From: Octopus sinensis
Taxonomy: Eukaryota
Length of the DNA: 39,771 bases
Assembly: GCF_006345805.1 (NCBI RefSeq)
Contig: NW_021835449.1
Coordinates: forward strand, 1 to 39,771
Reading direction: 5' to 3'
Shown here in pieces: positions 1 to 10,894 of this stretch (the first letter of the stretch is position 1; the number at the start of each line of letters is the position of its first letter). The position numbers were made by a program, and so were the translations under genes. The notes beneath the pieces were generated by a model. That model searched no databases. It saw nothing but the letters and a program-made list of their open reading frames with translations, and was not told where the DNA came from.

Positions 1-303
1 ACATCGATCTCAAGAGACCAAGGGATGGTCTACAAAAATCGTTCATGGCCCTCTGCCCGTTCACTTGTGACTAATTAAATTTTTTCTCGGCGTCGAGGAG
101 AATCCAATATAGAGGACGCACCTCAATTCTGGCTTGAAAAGTATTTTGATTCCCCCAAAAAAAAAAAAAAAACAACAAAAACCCCAGAATAACCCAAAGC
201 AAAAAAAAAAAATCAAACTCCAAGCAAATTAAAAACAAAATCTCAAACAACAAGATCTTGTGAGGTTTATATAAATATGGTTGCTGTTGTTATTCGGAGG
301 TGC

Positions 304-449
304 ATGCATGTATGTCTGTATGTACGTATTTATGTTTCGTCCTGCAGGGAGTCCACGGTTATCCTCCTCACCAAGCAAGCTTGATCCGGCTCCCCAGTTT
401 AGTCGCTGACGATCTGACCATAAATACGTACATACATACATGCATACAT
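304..449. repeat. Short element bounded by inverted repeats (possible MITE or hairpin)
   Basis: tgtatgtacgtatttatg (317-334) is the exact reverse complement of cataaatacgtacataca (419-436). Imperfect pairing extends to 304/449 around an 84-bp GC-richer spacer. Confidence 0.55.
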
Positions 450-699
450 ACATGATTGCCTCATTGTGTCAGGTGATAGCCATCTCCCATTCAGCCTGAT
501 AGATCTGATTTGTTTTCATCCCTGCATGCGTGGTGCAGAATGTCACGTATCCATCGCCATAAGACTTTACGAAATACAGAACAAATCAAGAAATAAGATG
601 ATAGTGATACGTCTTGTATGTCATTGGATTTAAGTGACAAAAGCTTGTGCAACGCTTTTGCAACTTTGTCGGTCGCCATTGTATGTTCCAGGGACAAGT

Positions 700-1073
700 A
701 TTCTTTTCTACACTAGGCACATGGACCGAAATTTTGGGGTGAGGGTGCCAGTCGATTAGATTGACCCTAGTACGCAACTGGCATTTAATTTATCGATCCC
801 GAAGGATGAAAGGCAAAGGCGACCTCGGCGGAATTTGAACTCAGACAGTAGCAGCAGACAAAATACCTATTTATTTACTACACACAAGGGGCTAAACACA
901 GAAAGGACAAACAAGGACAGACAAACGGATTAAGTCGATTATATCGACCCCAGTACGTAACTGGTACTTATTTAATCGACCCCGAAAGGATGAAAGGCAA
1001 AGGCGACCTCGGCGGAATTTGAACTCAGAACGTAGCGGCAGACGAAATACCTATTTCTTTACTACCTACAAGG
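700..1073 (-). mobile_element. Tandem array of SINE family A bodies (tRNA-derived, Deu/Nin-domain-like core)
   Basis: Reverse complement of the gagttcaaattccgccgaggtcg..ctttcatcctttcggggtcgat core occurs twice. Junction aaatacctat at 861 and 1045 (184 bp apart). The last unit has a different tail. Confidence 0.85.
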
Positions 1074-1310
1074 TAGGGAGAGTCAAAAATTATACGCTCT
1101 CTTGTTTTTTCAATGTATTTACACAAAAGCAGGGGATACACAAATCCGACATTTTTCTATATAGTCTCCTTCCTTTTCGATGCACTTGGTCCAGCGGTGC
1201 ACAAACTTGCGTATTACCTCCAAGAAAAAGGTTTCCCGTTGGTCGTGCAACCATTTATGCACCGATTCCTTCACATTGCCATCGATCTTTGATCAGTCCA
1301 AAGATATGAA
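1074..1310 (-). mobile_element. mariner transposase C-terminal remnant with putative terminal inverted repeat
   Basis: Minus strand reads VKESVHKWLHDQRETFFLEVIRKFVHRWTKCIEKEGDYIEK, a typical mariner C-terminus. agggagagtcaaaaattatacg at ~1075-1096 resembles a mariner TIR. Confidence 0.8.
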
Positions 1311-1339
1311 TGTCGGAAGGGGGGGGAGATCTGGGCTGT

Positions 1340-1405
1340 AGGCAGAGTGTTCCACCACCTCAAAATCCAATTGGTTAATGGTTTCAGTGGTCTAGGCGGC
1401 CGTGT
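1340..1405 (+). mobile_element. Probable 3' tip of a CR1/L2-group LINE
   Basis: ggtttcagtggtcta followed by (TA)n matches the end of the LINE at 37240-38278. Confidence 0.4.
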
Positions 1406-1414
1406 ATATATATA

Positions 1415-1724
1415 TCACCGTGATCAACGTGACCGACCAGGCTATCAGATGTTGGTACGCATCGTTGGTCACAATGCGCTTCGCATTGTTTTAGCCTTCA
1501 AATGACGCCACCCCGCCGGCTAAGCGAGCAGGCCAACAGATGAAAGAGTGAGAGAAAGTTGCGGCGAAAGAGTACAGCAGGGATCGCCACCACTCCCTGC
1601 CGGAGCCTCGTGGAGCTTTAGGTGTTTTCGCTCAATACACACTCACAACGTCCGGTCTGGGAATCGAAACCGCGATCCTACGACCACGAGTCCGCTGCCC
1701 TAACCACTGTGCCATTGCGCCTCC
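1415..1724 (-). mobile_element. SINE family C, full length (tRNA-like head, CORE-like middle)
   Basis: Minus strand starts ggaggcgcaatggcacagtggttagggcagcggactcg..ggtttcgattcc (A-box and B-box). Shares its head with 31437-31702. Confidence 0.8.
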
Positions 1725-2453
1725 ACTAGATATATATAATATATAATATATATATATAATATATCTCTATATATATATATATATATATTTATATCTAATA
1801 TAATATATATATATATTATATATATATATAATATCTATATATCTATATAATAGTAAAGTTAATCCAACAAGAAAGCACAAAAACACACACAACGGGAGGA
1901 CGTGGAACAAATATAGTATTATTGGACGCTCAGGAAAGAAGGAAAGAAGGAGGATTTAACTTTTCGAGCGGAGCTCTTCGTCGGAAACATAGGAGAAGGA
2001 AAGATCCAGAGAAGGGAAGACAGAGGAAAAAAAATCACCAATGCATATATGTGTATATTCATGCATGCATTCTTGTACGTGTGCATGTATGTATAAACGT
2101 ATGTATTCAAGCATACATGTACGTATATAAGTATATATGTGTGTATGCACGCATGTGTTGTGTGTGTGCATGTTTGCTTATGTGCTTGGTGTGTGTCAAA
2201 ATATTATATATATGTTTGCTTTTCTCCATCGTCCATCACATTTCCTTTTCCCTTACTCATAATCACAATTTTTTCTCTCTCCCTTATGTCTCTTCTCTCA
2301 CTCTCCCTACTCCCTCGTATTCTCTGTCATTCTCTCTTGTTTTTCTCTCCCACACAATCTTTACGTTTCCCTCTACTCCATCTATATGCTTCGCTCTTCT
2401 CAACAAACGACTATGTCGCCAGGTCATTATAAATATATCGTCGTTTGCTAATG

Positions 2454-2473
2454 CCATAATAATAATAATAATA

Positions 2474-2524
<51 letters not shown>

Positions 2525-2649
2525 TAATAGTAATAATCGAATAATAATAATAATAATAATAACAATGAAAATAATAATAATAATAATAATGATAATAATA
2601 TTAATAATAATAATAATAATAAAATAATAATAATAATAGCAATAACAAC

Positions 2650-2681
<32 letters not shown>

Positions 2682-2685
2682 TAAC

Positions 2686-2720
<35 letters not shown>

Positions 2721-2804
2721 TAATGATAATAATAACAAACAATAATAATAATAGCACTAATAATAATAATAATAAAATAATAATAATAATAATAATAATA
2801 AGTA

Positions 2805-2841
<37 letters not shown>

Positions 2842-2860
2842 TATAATAATAGTAATAATC

Positions 2861-2894
<34 letters not shown>

Positions 2895-2915
2895 AAATAA
2901 TAATATAATAATATG

Positions 2916-2948
<33 letters not shown>

Positions 2949-2995
2949 GCAATAACAACAACAATAATAATAATAATAATAATAATAACAATAAC

Positions 2996-3033
<38 letters not shown>

Positions 3034-3207
3034 TAATGATAATAATAACAACAATAATAATAATAGCACTAATAATAATAATAATAATAATAATAAGAAG
3101 AAGAAGAAGAAGAAGAGAAGAAGAATAACAACAACAATAATAATAATAGCAATAACAATAATAATAATAATAACAATAATAAAAATAATAATGATAATAA
3201 TAATAAC

Positions 3208-3297
<90 letters not shown>

Positions 3298-3311
3298 AAT
3301 AATGCAATAAT
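2454..3311 (+). repeat. Long complex (AAT)n array with internal higher-order duplication
   Basis: About 860 bp of AAT with AAC, GAT and AAG variants. Variant landmarks recur ~310-325 bp apart. Confidence 0.95.
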
Positions 3312-4024
3312 GTCACTCGCTTTGTTATTGAAAAAGCAGACGTGACTGCATTAAATTTCTTTTGTTAATTTACATGTAAACAATATTTAATTATAATTTT
3401 TGTTAATTTTATAAATTACTCAGCGTAGCGAGGGAAATTGTTCATATGACTGTTTTCTAGTTCTTCTCGAATAGTGAAATGTGTTTGTCGTCCAGCTTCA
3501 TGCTTTGTAGCTCAATGGTTAAAATATCTGAGGCGGTTGAAGGTAGTCTAGTCTGAATGCTTATAACAGGCGGATAGGGTTGTTATATCTATAGACGCAC
3601 AAATAGTTTTGAGGAACAGATAAATATGAATCTCTGAACACATAGAAATATGTGCAGGTAAGAAACAACCAAACTTTACGATTTTTCTCTATTAATCTGG
3701 TTATAATACAATTCAACGCCAGCGAATTAATAAAGAAATGTCCCTCATTATCAAATACCAGCCATGTCTAAATTTCTGTGGCGGAGAAAGGAAGACAACA
3801 ACTATCATCAACTGCAACCCTTGCTGGGGGCCACCACCAGACCACTGCTACGTTATAAATGGACAACCATGATAACGATCAGGAGGAAATAAAATACAGC
3901 ACCACGTGATCTCTGTAAGAGAAAATGTGAACTTCGAGAACTGATATTGTGAATGTAATTTATTCCCATTTTTTCTCCATTTTCTTCCGGCTTGAAGAGG
4001 TCGTCGTAAAGCGCCAGAAACTGT

Positions 4025-4025
4025 G

Positions 4026-4062
<37 letters not shown>

Positions 4063-4267
4063 TCTATATATATATATATTATATATATATATATTATATA
4101 TATATATATATATATACATACATACATATATACAATATATACACATATAAATATGTATATATATATATATACGTACATACATACGTACATACATACATAC
4201 ATATCTACATACATACATACCCACATGCATACATTGATACATACATACATTCAGATATACATGCATA

Positions 4268-4300
<33 letters not shown>
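4025..4300 (+). repeat. (TA)n/(TACA)n microsatellite
   Basis: Direct reading. Confidence 0.95.
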
Positions 4301-4394
4301 CCATCTTTCCGTCTTCCTTGATAAACTCTGATTACTTTCTTATTTTTATGTATGTGCGCATTTGTGTGTGAATGTGTGTGTGTGTGTGTGTGTG

Positions 4395-4575
4395 TGTGCT
4401 TGCGCGAGTTTGCCCCCACCACTACTAAGAACCGGTGTTGGCTTGTTTTCATGTTTACGTCCCCGTAACCTAGTAGTTCGGCAAAGAAGGGACCCGATAG
4501 AATAAATAGCAGACTTAACAAAATAAGTGCTAGGATCAATTCGTTCAATGTTGTGCTCCAGCATGGTCGCACTCC
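4395..4575 (+). mobile_element. SINE family B, 3' half, diverged
   Basis: tttacgtccccgtaacctagtagttcggcaaa..cgatagaataa and gtgctccagcatgg match the intact copies at 35625 and 39305. Confidence 0.7.
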
Positions 4576-4764
4576 AAAGAGTGCAAGAAGTAGCTGATAA
4601 AAGATATGGGGGAAGCCTGAACCGAGGTGTCCTTTGCTATGACTGTGCGTTATGTGCTGAAAGCGATTTGACCGCTATTTCTAGCATAGTGACTGACTAC
4701 ATAGCAGCTTTCTCGTAGTCTCGACTATAAAGGCGTAATATGCTTTGGGTATTTATTGTTGTTA

Positions 4765-4996
4765 GGCGGTGAGCTGGCAGAAGCGTTAGCTCGCCGGGCG
4801 AAATGCTTAGCGGTGTTTTGTCTGCCGTTACGTTCTGAGTTCAAATTCCGCCGAGGTCGACTTTGCCTTTCATCCTTTCGGGGTCGATAAATTAAGTACC
4901 AGTTACGCACTGGGGGTCGATGTAATCGACTTAATACCTATGTCTGTCTTTGTTTGTCCCCTCTATGTTTAGCCCCTTGTGGGTAATAAAGAAATA
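4765..4996 (+). mobile_element. SINE family A, full length, with 17-bp target site duplication
   Basis: Head ggcggtgagctggcagaagcgttagc, B-box-like gagttcaaattcc, tail ending aaagaaata. Flanked by ggtatttattgttgtta at 4748-4764 and 4997-5013. Confidence 0.9.
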
Positions 4997-5129
4997 GGTA
5001 TTTATTGTTGTTACTGATATTATTGCAAGCTGTGTTGGTGTTGCCTAGCCCCGGATCAACTGTCCCCGTTCCCTCTTTCATTGCAGGTTTACTGTATCAA
5101 GGACTACAGTACGCAACATGTAATTTACT

Positions 5130-5385
5130 GTAATTCGCCCTCAGCAGTTAAGGGCTGGATGGGGTCCCGTGATAGGCCCCGCACCAGATGGCTGGACGTG
5201 ATTAAGAAAGATCTTATGTCCGACGTCATCTTCTAGGATGTCGAGGGGCTGGTACGGGACTGCCAGCAATAGGGAGCTCTGGTGACCCTTGTCGGCTCTG
5301 CGCACGATGACGCCTCTAGGGCCACTAACCCGGAACGACCCCCACCCCAGCTTCGTGAAGTAAGAGCATGAAGCAAAGCAAGCAA
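5130..5385 (+). mobile_element. RTE-type LINE 3' remnant
   Basis: 5174-5215 translates RPRTRWLDVIKKDL, matching the GRPxxRWxDxIxxDL C-terminal motif of RTE-clade ORFs. Confidence 0.65.
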
Positions 5386-5470
5386 GGAAACAAGATTTAT
5401 GGAAGATTTAGCTGCTATTTCTAACAAGTCGAATAACCACTTAAGGGCCATTTCGTTGGCTCGGACGAGA

Positions 5471-5630
5471 CGGTGGCGGTGGTGGTGATGATGATGGTGG
5501 TGGTGGTGGAGGTGGTGGTGGTAATAATGGTGACGGTGATAGTGGAGGTGGCGCTGCTGATGGCGGTGATTGTGATGGCGGTAGCGGTTGTGGTGGTGAT
5601 AGTGGTGTTGGCGTTAGTGTTGGTGGTGGT
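5471..5630 (+). repeat. (GGT)n-type trinucleotide array
   Basis: Direct reading. Confidence 0.9.
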
Positions 5631-5759
5631 AAAAAAAAAAGAAGGAGAGGAAGAAGCGCAGAAAGCGTTGTGAAATGAGAGCGAGGTGTGGGGAGAGACG
5701 GGGAGAGAAAGCGAGAAAAAGTGATATAGACCAGTGAGATAGATAGATAGAGAGAGAGA

Positions 5760-5791
<32 letters not shown>

Positions 5792-6009
5792 TAGAGTGAA
5801 ACGAAAGGAGTAGAGAACAGTAACAAGAACAAGAAGGACACTATGTATCACCACCAACCACCACTACCACGAAAACTACGACTACTACTACAACTACTAC
5901 TACTACTACTACCACCCGCACTACAATCACAAACCACCACTACCTCCGTTACTGCCGCTACCATCTTCGCTTACATCCATTTTTTCTCAACACCCTCAAC
6001 ACAATTCTA

Positions 6010-6220
6010 GCACCACCACCGTCACCACCATCACCACCACCAACATCACCGCCACCACCACCACCACCACCACCACCATCACCACCACCATCACCACCAC
6101 CGCCACCACCAGCACCACCACCAGCACCAGCACCAGCACCACCACCAGCACCACCACCAGCACCACCACCAAATCCATCACCACCACCAAATCCACCACC
6201 ACCGCCAGTATCACCATCAT
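6010..6220 (+). repeat. (ACC)n-type trinucleotide array
   Basis: Direct reading. Confidence 0.9.
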
Positions 6221-6539
6221 CGTAGAGAACCGAGATATTTATTTGTATTGTCGTCATTGGAGCGCTTCTATATGACACGACACAAGCAAATGGCTTATTG
6301 GTAGACAGGATATTATTATATTAATGTAAGAGCTGTGTGATGAATATTTCACGTTCCCATCTTAATTAGCAATGGAGATTCATTGAAAACCTGGCGACAG
6401 CAATGGTGTGATTTGATCCGATGGATGCTGTTACACCTACATTGATGTCTGGACTCAATGCGAATGAATTGTTATTGTTCAGACAAAAACCAGTTGCGGT
6501 CAGATGATTAAGTCATTTAGCACTAGAGACGTCCCGTGA

Positions 6540-6543
6540 ATTC

Positions 6544-6638
<95 letters not shown>

Positions 6639-6672
6639 CATACCTACCTACCTACCTACCTACATACATACA

Positions 6673-6709
<37 letters not shown>

Positions 6710-6716
6710 ATATATC

Positions 6717-6753
<37 letters not shown>

Positions 6754-6755
6754 CA

Positions 6756-6826
<71 letters not shown>

Positions 6827-6830
6827 TTAT
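6540..6830 (+). repeat. (TATC)n array without an insertion
   Basis: Direct reading. Confidence 0.95.
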
Positions 6831-7086
6831 CGCCCAAGCTATATGTGTATGTGTGTGCATATCTATACACGCATACACACATTCATGTATGAATCATATC
6901 AATGTTTATCTTTCAGCTCTAATAAAAACAGTTTTACATTGTATTAGACTGAAGGATTACTCAATACAGTTGGTAGAGTACAGCTTTATTATTCTTTAAC
7001 AAAAATAGTTTTGACAGTGACTTCTATGTTTATTAATGATTTGAAGAAGAACGCCCTCCACCATCACTCCCCAACAACAACACCAT

Positions 7087-7158
7087 TAATAATAATAATA
7101 ATAATAATAATAACAATAATAATAATAATAATTAATATAATAATAATAATAATAATGA
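7087..7158 (+). repeat. (AAT)n array abutting the 3' end of the minus-strand Tx1-like fragment
   Basis: Direct reading. Confidence 0.95.
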
Positions 7159-8200
7159 TTTCATTTATTTTCCACAAGGGCAAAGGCTGAGGGGGGGGGG
7201 CAAGACAAAGTGTTGGGGTTCTCATATAATAAAACGATCAAAAAAAGAATCGTGGTTAAGTATACACGGTATACCCTGAAAAAGAAGGGACATACATAGT
7301 ATACAAAGGTTTCAGAATAAAAAGGAGGGGTGGAAGAGGGGTAGAGATGTAGCCCTCCTGATACAGGAGGACCTCTAGGGATAATCGAGGAATCCCACTG
7401 TCCGAGATTTCCCTGAACACCAAGAGCAAGTGCCCGCTCCAATTCCTTCTTTCGGACTCACATATCTACACTCAGAGAGGTACCATCCACTCTTACCATT
7501 TTCGCAACTCTCACCCACCTTTCAATAAACTCACTCGAGGACTGCACTTCCCTCTCCTTTCTCAATTTCTCAATTGAGAGCTTTAAAAAAGAGGAATGTA
7601 TCTGTCCCCATGCCTTTCAGTCTTGTCCATCAAACAACGTCTTTCACCACAGCCACCAGGCAAAGGAAAACTGCTTAGCTTGCCCGAATGAAGAAGGGCG
7701 CCGAGGCAATCATCACTGCAAAGTCAGCTGACAGATGGATCCGTCCCACATGGGACAATAGCTGTTCGACATAACCTCACAGTCAGCCATGCCCGGACAC
7801 TCAACGAGTGTATGCAGAACGGTTTTGTCACTCTCCGCGCACCTGAGACAAGTACGTCTGACAGCACATCGGTGCTTGTAGAACTTATCTCCAACCGGTA
7901 GCGTCCCTCCTCCAGTAGCACTGCCAGGCCGAGAGCAACTGGAAATTATCCATGATAGTTCCTGACTCAAAAGTCCTCCGGAACAGACTAGCAAGTTCGT
8001 TTTCATCTGCGCCCAGAGTCCTCCCGAGAACATCGTCGCACTTCCCCGCTGCTAATCCTCTATAAATTTCTAAAGCAGAACATCCACCGACTGCTAAAGG
8101 GCTGTTAGCACCTGACGACATTCTAGGTGCCAGGCACCCAGTCTCGGACTCTTCTTCACCCTCGACTGCAGCTCTAACAATGGCCTCTAATTTTGACACA
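7159..8200 (-). mobile_element. 5'-truncated Tx1-like LINE (ORF2 C-terminus, zinc finger, 3' UTR), sister family of the 13922 element
   Basis: IYRGLAAGKCDDVLGRTLGADENELASLFRRTFESGTIMDNFQLLSAWQCY aligns with FYRGLVEGRSDDTLGANLGVDEN..MDNFQKSLAWQCY. CLRCAESDKTVLHTLVEC aligns with CPRCSQSDETVLHALVQC. Ends aataaatgaaatc then (ATT)n. Confidence 0.85.
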
Positions 8201-8244
8201 AGGACTACAGTTTTATGCAGAGAGGTTAATCGATTCTATTGATT

Positions 8245-8375
8245 TTTGTACTTGGCACAGACTTTATTTCAGCGAACCTGAAGATTGAAAGGTAAAAATA
8301 AGCATCGGTGTGATTTGAACTCTCTATGTAAAGAACCGAAATACGAGTCAATGAATGTATTGGCATATTTTGGAA
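8245..8375 (-). mobile_element. Highly diverged SINE family A core
   Basis: gaagattgaaaggtaaaaataagcatcggtgtgatttgaactc resembles gaaaggatgaaaggcaaagtcgacctcggcggaatttgaactc. Confidence 0.5.
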
Positions 8376-8727
8376 CAACGTAGGAATGAATAACACACAC
8401 ACACACACATCCACAAACACACACACACGCGCATACACACACACACGCGCATACACACATACACACGCATATCTATATACACATATATGGATGCATATGT
8501 CAGTGCGTATCCATCTACGTGTTTGTGTGTGTGCGTGTATATGTGTCTCTGTGTACGTGTGCGTGTATCTGTGTGTATGTGTGTGTGTGTGTGTGGTGTG
8601 TGTGTGTGTGAGCGTGTGAGCTTTCCTATATAATTTTACATATGTGTGATGGCATTTGTATTTTAATAGATTGATTATAAATAATAAAACAATTGCAAAT
8701 TTAATGAAGTGAATACCGCTATTCGCT

Positions 8728-8855
8728 TACACACACACACACACACACACCACACACACACACACACATACACACACACACACACACAAACTCACACCTA
8801 CACACACACACAGACAAACTCACACACACTCACACACACACATACACACACAAAC

Positions 8856-8894
<39 letters not shown>

Positions 8895-8935
8895 AACTCA
8901 CACACAAGCACACACGCTCACACGCATGCATACAC
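8728..8935 (+). repeat. (CA)n array
   Basis: Direct reading. Confidence 0.95.
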
Positions 8936-9321
8936 ACGTCTAACGTATGCCTGTAAGTATGTGACACCTCGAAAGGAAAACAAAAAATGAGAGAAAGAGA
9001 AGACGAAAAAAAAATGAAAATTTTGTTATTCTCCCATTCTCGTGACTAAGTGTTCCGTTTCAACGTTAGCAATCACATGTAACGCAAGACTTGAATGGCT
9101 TTCATTTACTTCTCAGCATATTTAAATACAAATGTGTTATACAGTGTTCACAATAGGTCATTCATGTTGGTTTATGAATCGTCTGAGAGTGAAAGGGTGG
9201 CCGCCGACTTTGAGAATGGAACTAATTAAATTTTTAGATATTTGAACACTCCCCTTTCTCCTACCATTTACACACACACTCACACACACACATACACACG
9301 CATGAAATTAGTAAAAAAAAT

Positions 9322-9921
9322 TTTGGTTTCAAATTTTGGCACAAGGCCAGCAAGTTCGGGGGTGGGGGTAGGGGTGAGGGAAATGCTAGTCGATGATATT
9401 GACACCCAGTGCTTAACTGGTATTTATTTCATCGATTCCGAAAGGATGAAAGGCAAAGTCGACCTCGGTGGAATTTGAACTCAGAACTTAATGATGGACG
9501 AAATACCTATTTCTTTACTACCCACAAGGGGCTAAACACAGAAGGGACAAACAAGGACAGACAAATGGATTAAGTCGATTACATGAACCCCAGTGCGTAA
9601 CTGGTACTTAATTTATCTACCCCGAAAGGATGAAAAGCAAAGTCGACCTCGGCGGAATTTGAACTCAGAATGTAGCGGCAGACGAAATACTTATTTCTTT
9701 ACTACCCACAAGGGGCTAAACACAGAAGGGACAAACAAGGACAGACAAACGGATTAAGTCGATTACATGAACCCCAGTGCGTAACTGGTACTTTATTTAT
9801 CGACCCCGAAAGGATGAATGACAAAGTCGACCTCGGCGGAATTTGAACACAGAACTTTGCGGCAGACGAAATACCGTTAAGCACTTTGTCAAGCCTGCTA
9901 ACGCCGCCACCGGCTTGCCAC

Positions 9922-9922
<1 letters not shown>
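9322..9922 (-). mobile_element. SINE family A: one head followed by three tandem bodies (184-bp period)
   Basis: aaatac junctions at 9501, 9685 and 9869. Head at 9875-9922. The terminal unit has a different tail. Confidence 0.9.
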
Positions 9923-9923
<1 letters not shown>

Positions 9924-9973
<50 letters not shown>

Positions 9974-10026
9974 TTCTACCATTTTTTTTATTATAGTTAT
10001 TATTATCATTATTATTATTATTATTA

Positions 10027-10059
<33 letters not shown>
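9924..10059. repeat. (AAT)n switching to (ATT)n
   Basis: Direct reading; the strand switch is at ttctaccattttttt. Confidence 0.9.
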
Positions 10060-10373
10060 GAGTGAAAGAGCAGTGCATGCCATCAAAGTGACACTGGGGT
10101 AAAATACACGAAGCCCAGTATACCAATCATGACCACCCATCTGATAAGGGTACACCAGGTACATGTCTCTCAACCATATGTGCGCGACATGGTGATCGCA
10201 TATCAAGATAAACAGCACAAGACCTTGCAGGTGGGGCCCAGTCAGAATTTTTTTCTGGTCGAGTAACCCATCCCGCTCAAAAGGTCCCTGAATAAGGATT
10301 GTTTAAGGATGTTGAACGAAACACCCATGTTTCCAGAGGTGAATTATTCAAATCCCAAAGAATCCCTCTCAAC
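10060..10373 (-). mobile_element. Unclassified interspersed repeat, probably a retroelement 3' region with (AAT)n tail
   Basis: Complex sequence ending gcactgctctttcactc directly followed by (AAT)n on the minus strand. No protein motif recognised. Confidence 0.4.
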
Positions 10374-10424
10374 ATAATTTCTACCATTTTTTTTATTATT
10401 ATAGAAATTATTATTATTATTGTT

Positions 10425-10490
10425 ATTCTATGTTTGACTTTTGCTTTACATTTGCACAAGCTGGCTCCAAGTCTCACCCAGAGACCTCAG
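10425..10490 (-). mobile_element. 3' terminus of the (AAT)n-associated R4/Dong-like element
   Basis: gaggtctctgggtgagacttggagccagcttgtgcaaatgtaaagcaaaagtcaaacatagaat matches the minus-strand end of 36862-37080, and both are followed by AAT repeats. Confidence 0.7.
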
Positions 10491-10894
10491 AGATGCACAT
10501 ATCGTCAACCACTAAGGGACATGCTCAACTTGTTAAGGTAAAAATTCTGACAAGCAAATCTGTGGTATTGAGCAGAATATTTGCTGTAGTCCATCTTGTA
10601 TGATAACCATTTTTTCTTTCAGTGTTTTTTTTTTATTTCTCTTACACTCAAAAACACCGACACACAGACACATACACACACATATACACACAAGCAAAAC
10701 ACATGTGCACATTGATTTTTAAAAAATGCTCTCAGAAAACACGAACACTTACAAAATAAAACAACAAAAACAAACAAAACGCCCCAGAATATTTGATGAA
10801 AAGAAGACGGGGAGGGGGGAGATGAACATGTGGCGACCTCATGCGAATGAATATAACAGATTAAAGACTGCGACAGCTGTATGGTTCATTTACC

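Noticed and set aside
335-418. Hammerhead suggested by tcc..ggacgaaac on the minus strand
   Set aside because: The CUGANGA core is too degenerate to support.
1640-1724. tRNA gene (also the heads at 35625 and 39305)
   Set aside because: A-box and B-box are present, but there is no complete acceptor stem and the sequence continues into SINE bodies.
1919-3316. Long ORFs of poly-Ile/Leu/Tyr and similar YI/HT/LSIY-repeat ORFs throughout the window
   Set aside because: They are translations of microsatellites that lack stop codons in some frames; no protein signal.
3440-3665. Unique sequence ending in a good splice donor (CAG/GTAAGA)
   Set aside because: No convincing open frame, acceptor or recognisable peptide.
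5958-6278. Gly-rich ORF resembling a structural or RNA-binding protein
   Set aside because: It is the reverse translation of an (ACC)n array with no flanking domain or splice support.
9322-9922. CRISPR-like array
   Set aside because: The whole 184-bp unit is repeated and is SINE-derived; there are no spacers.
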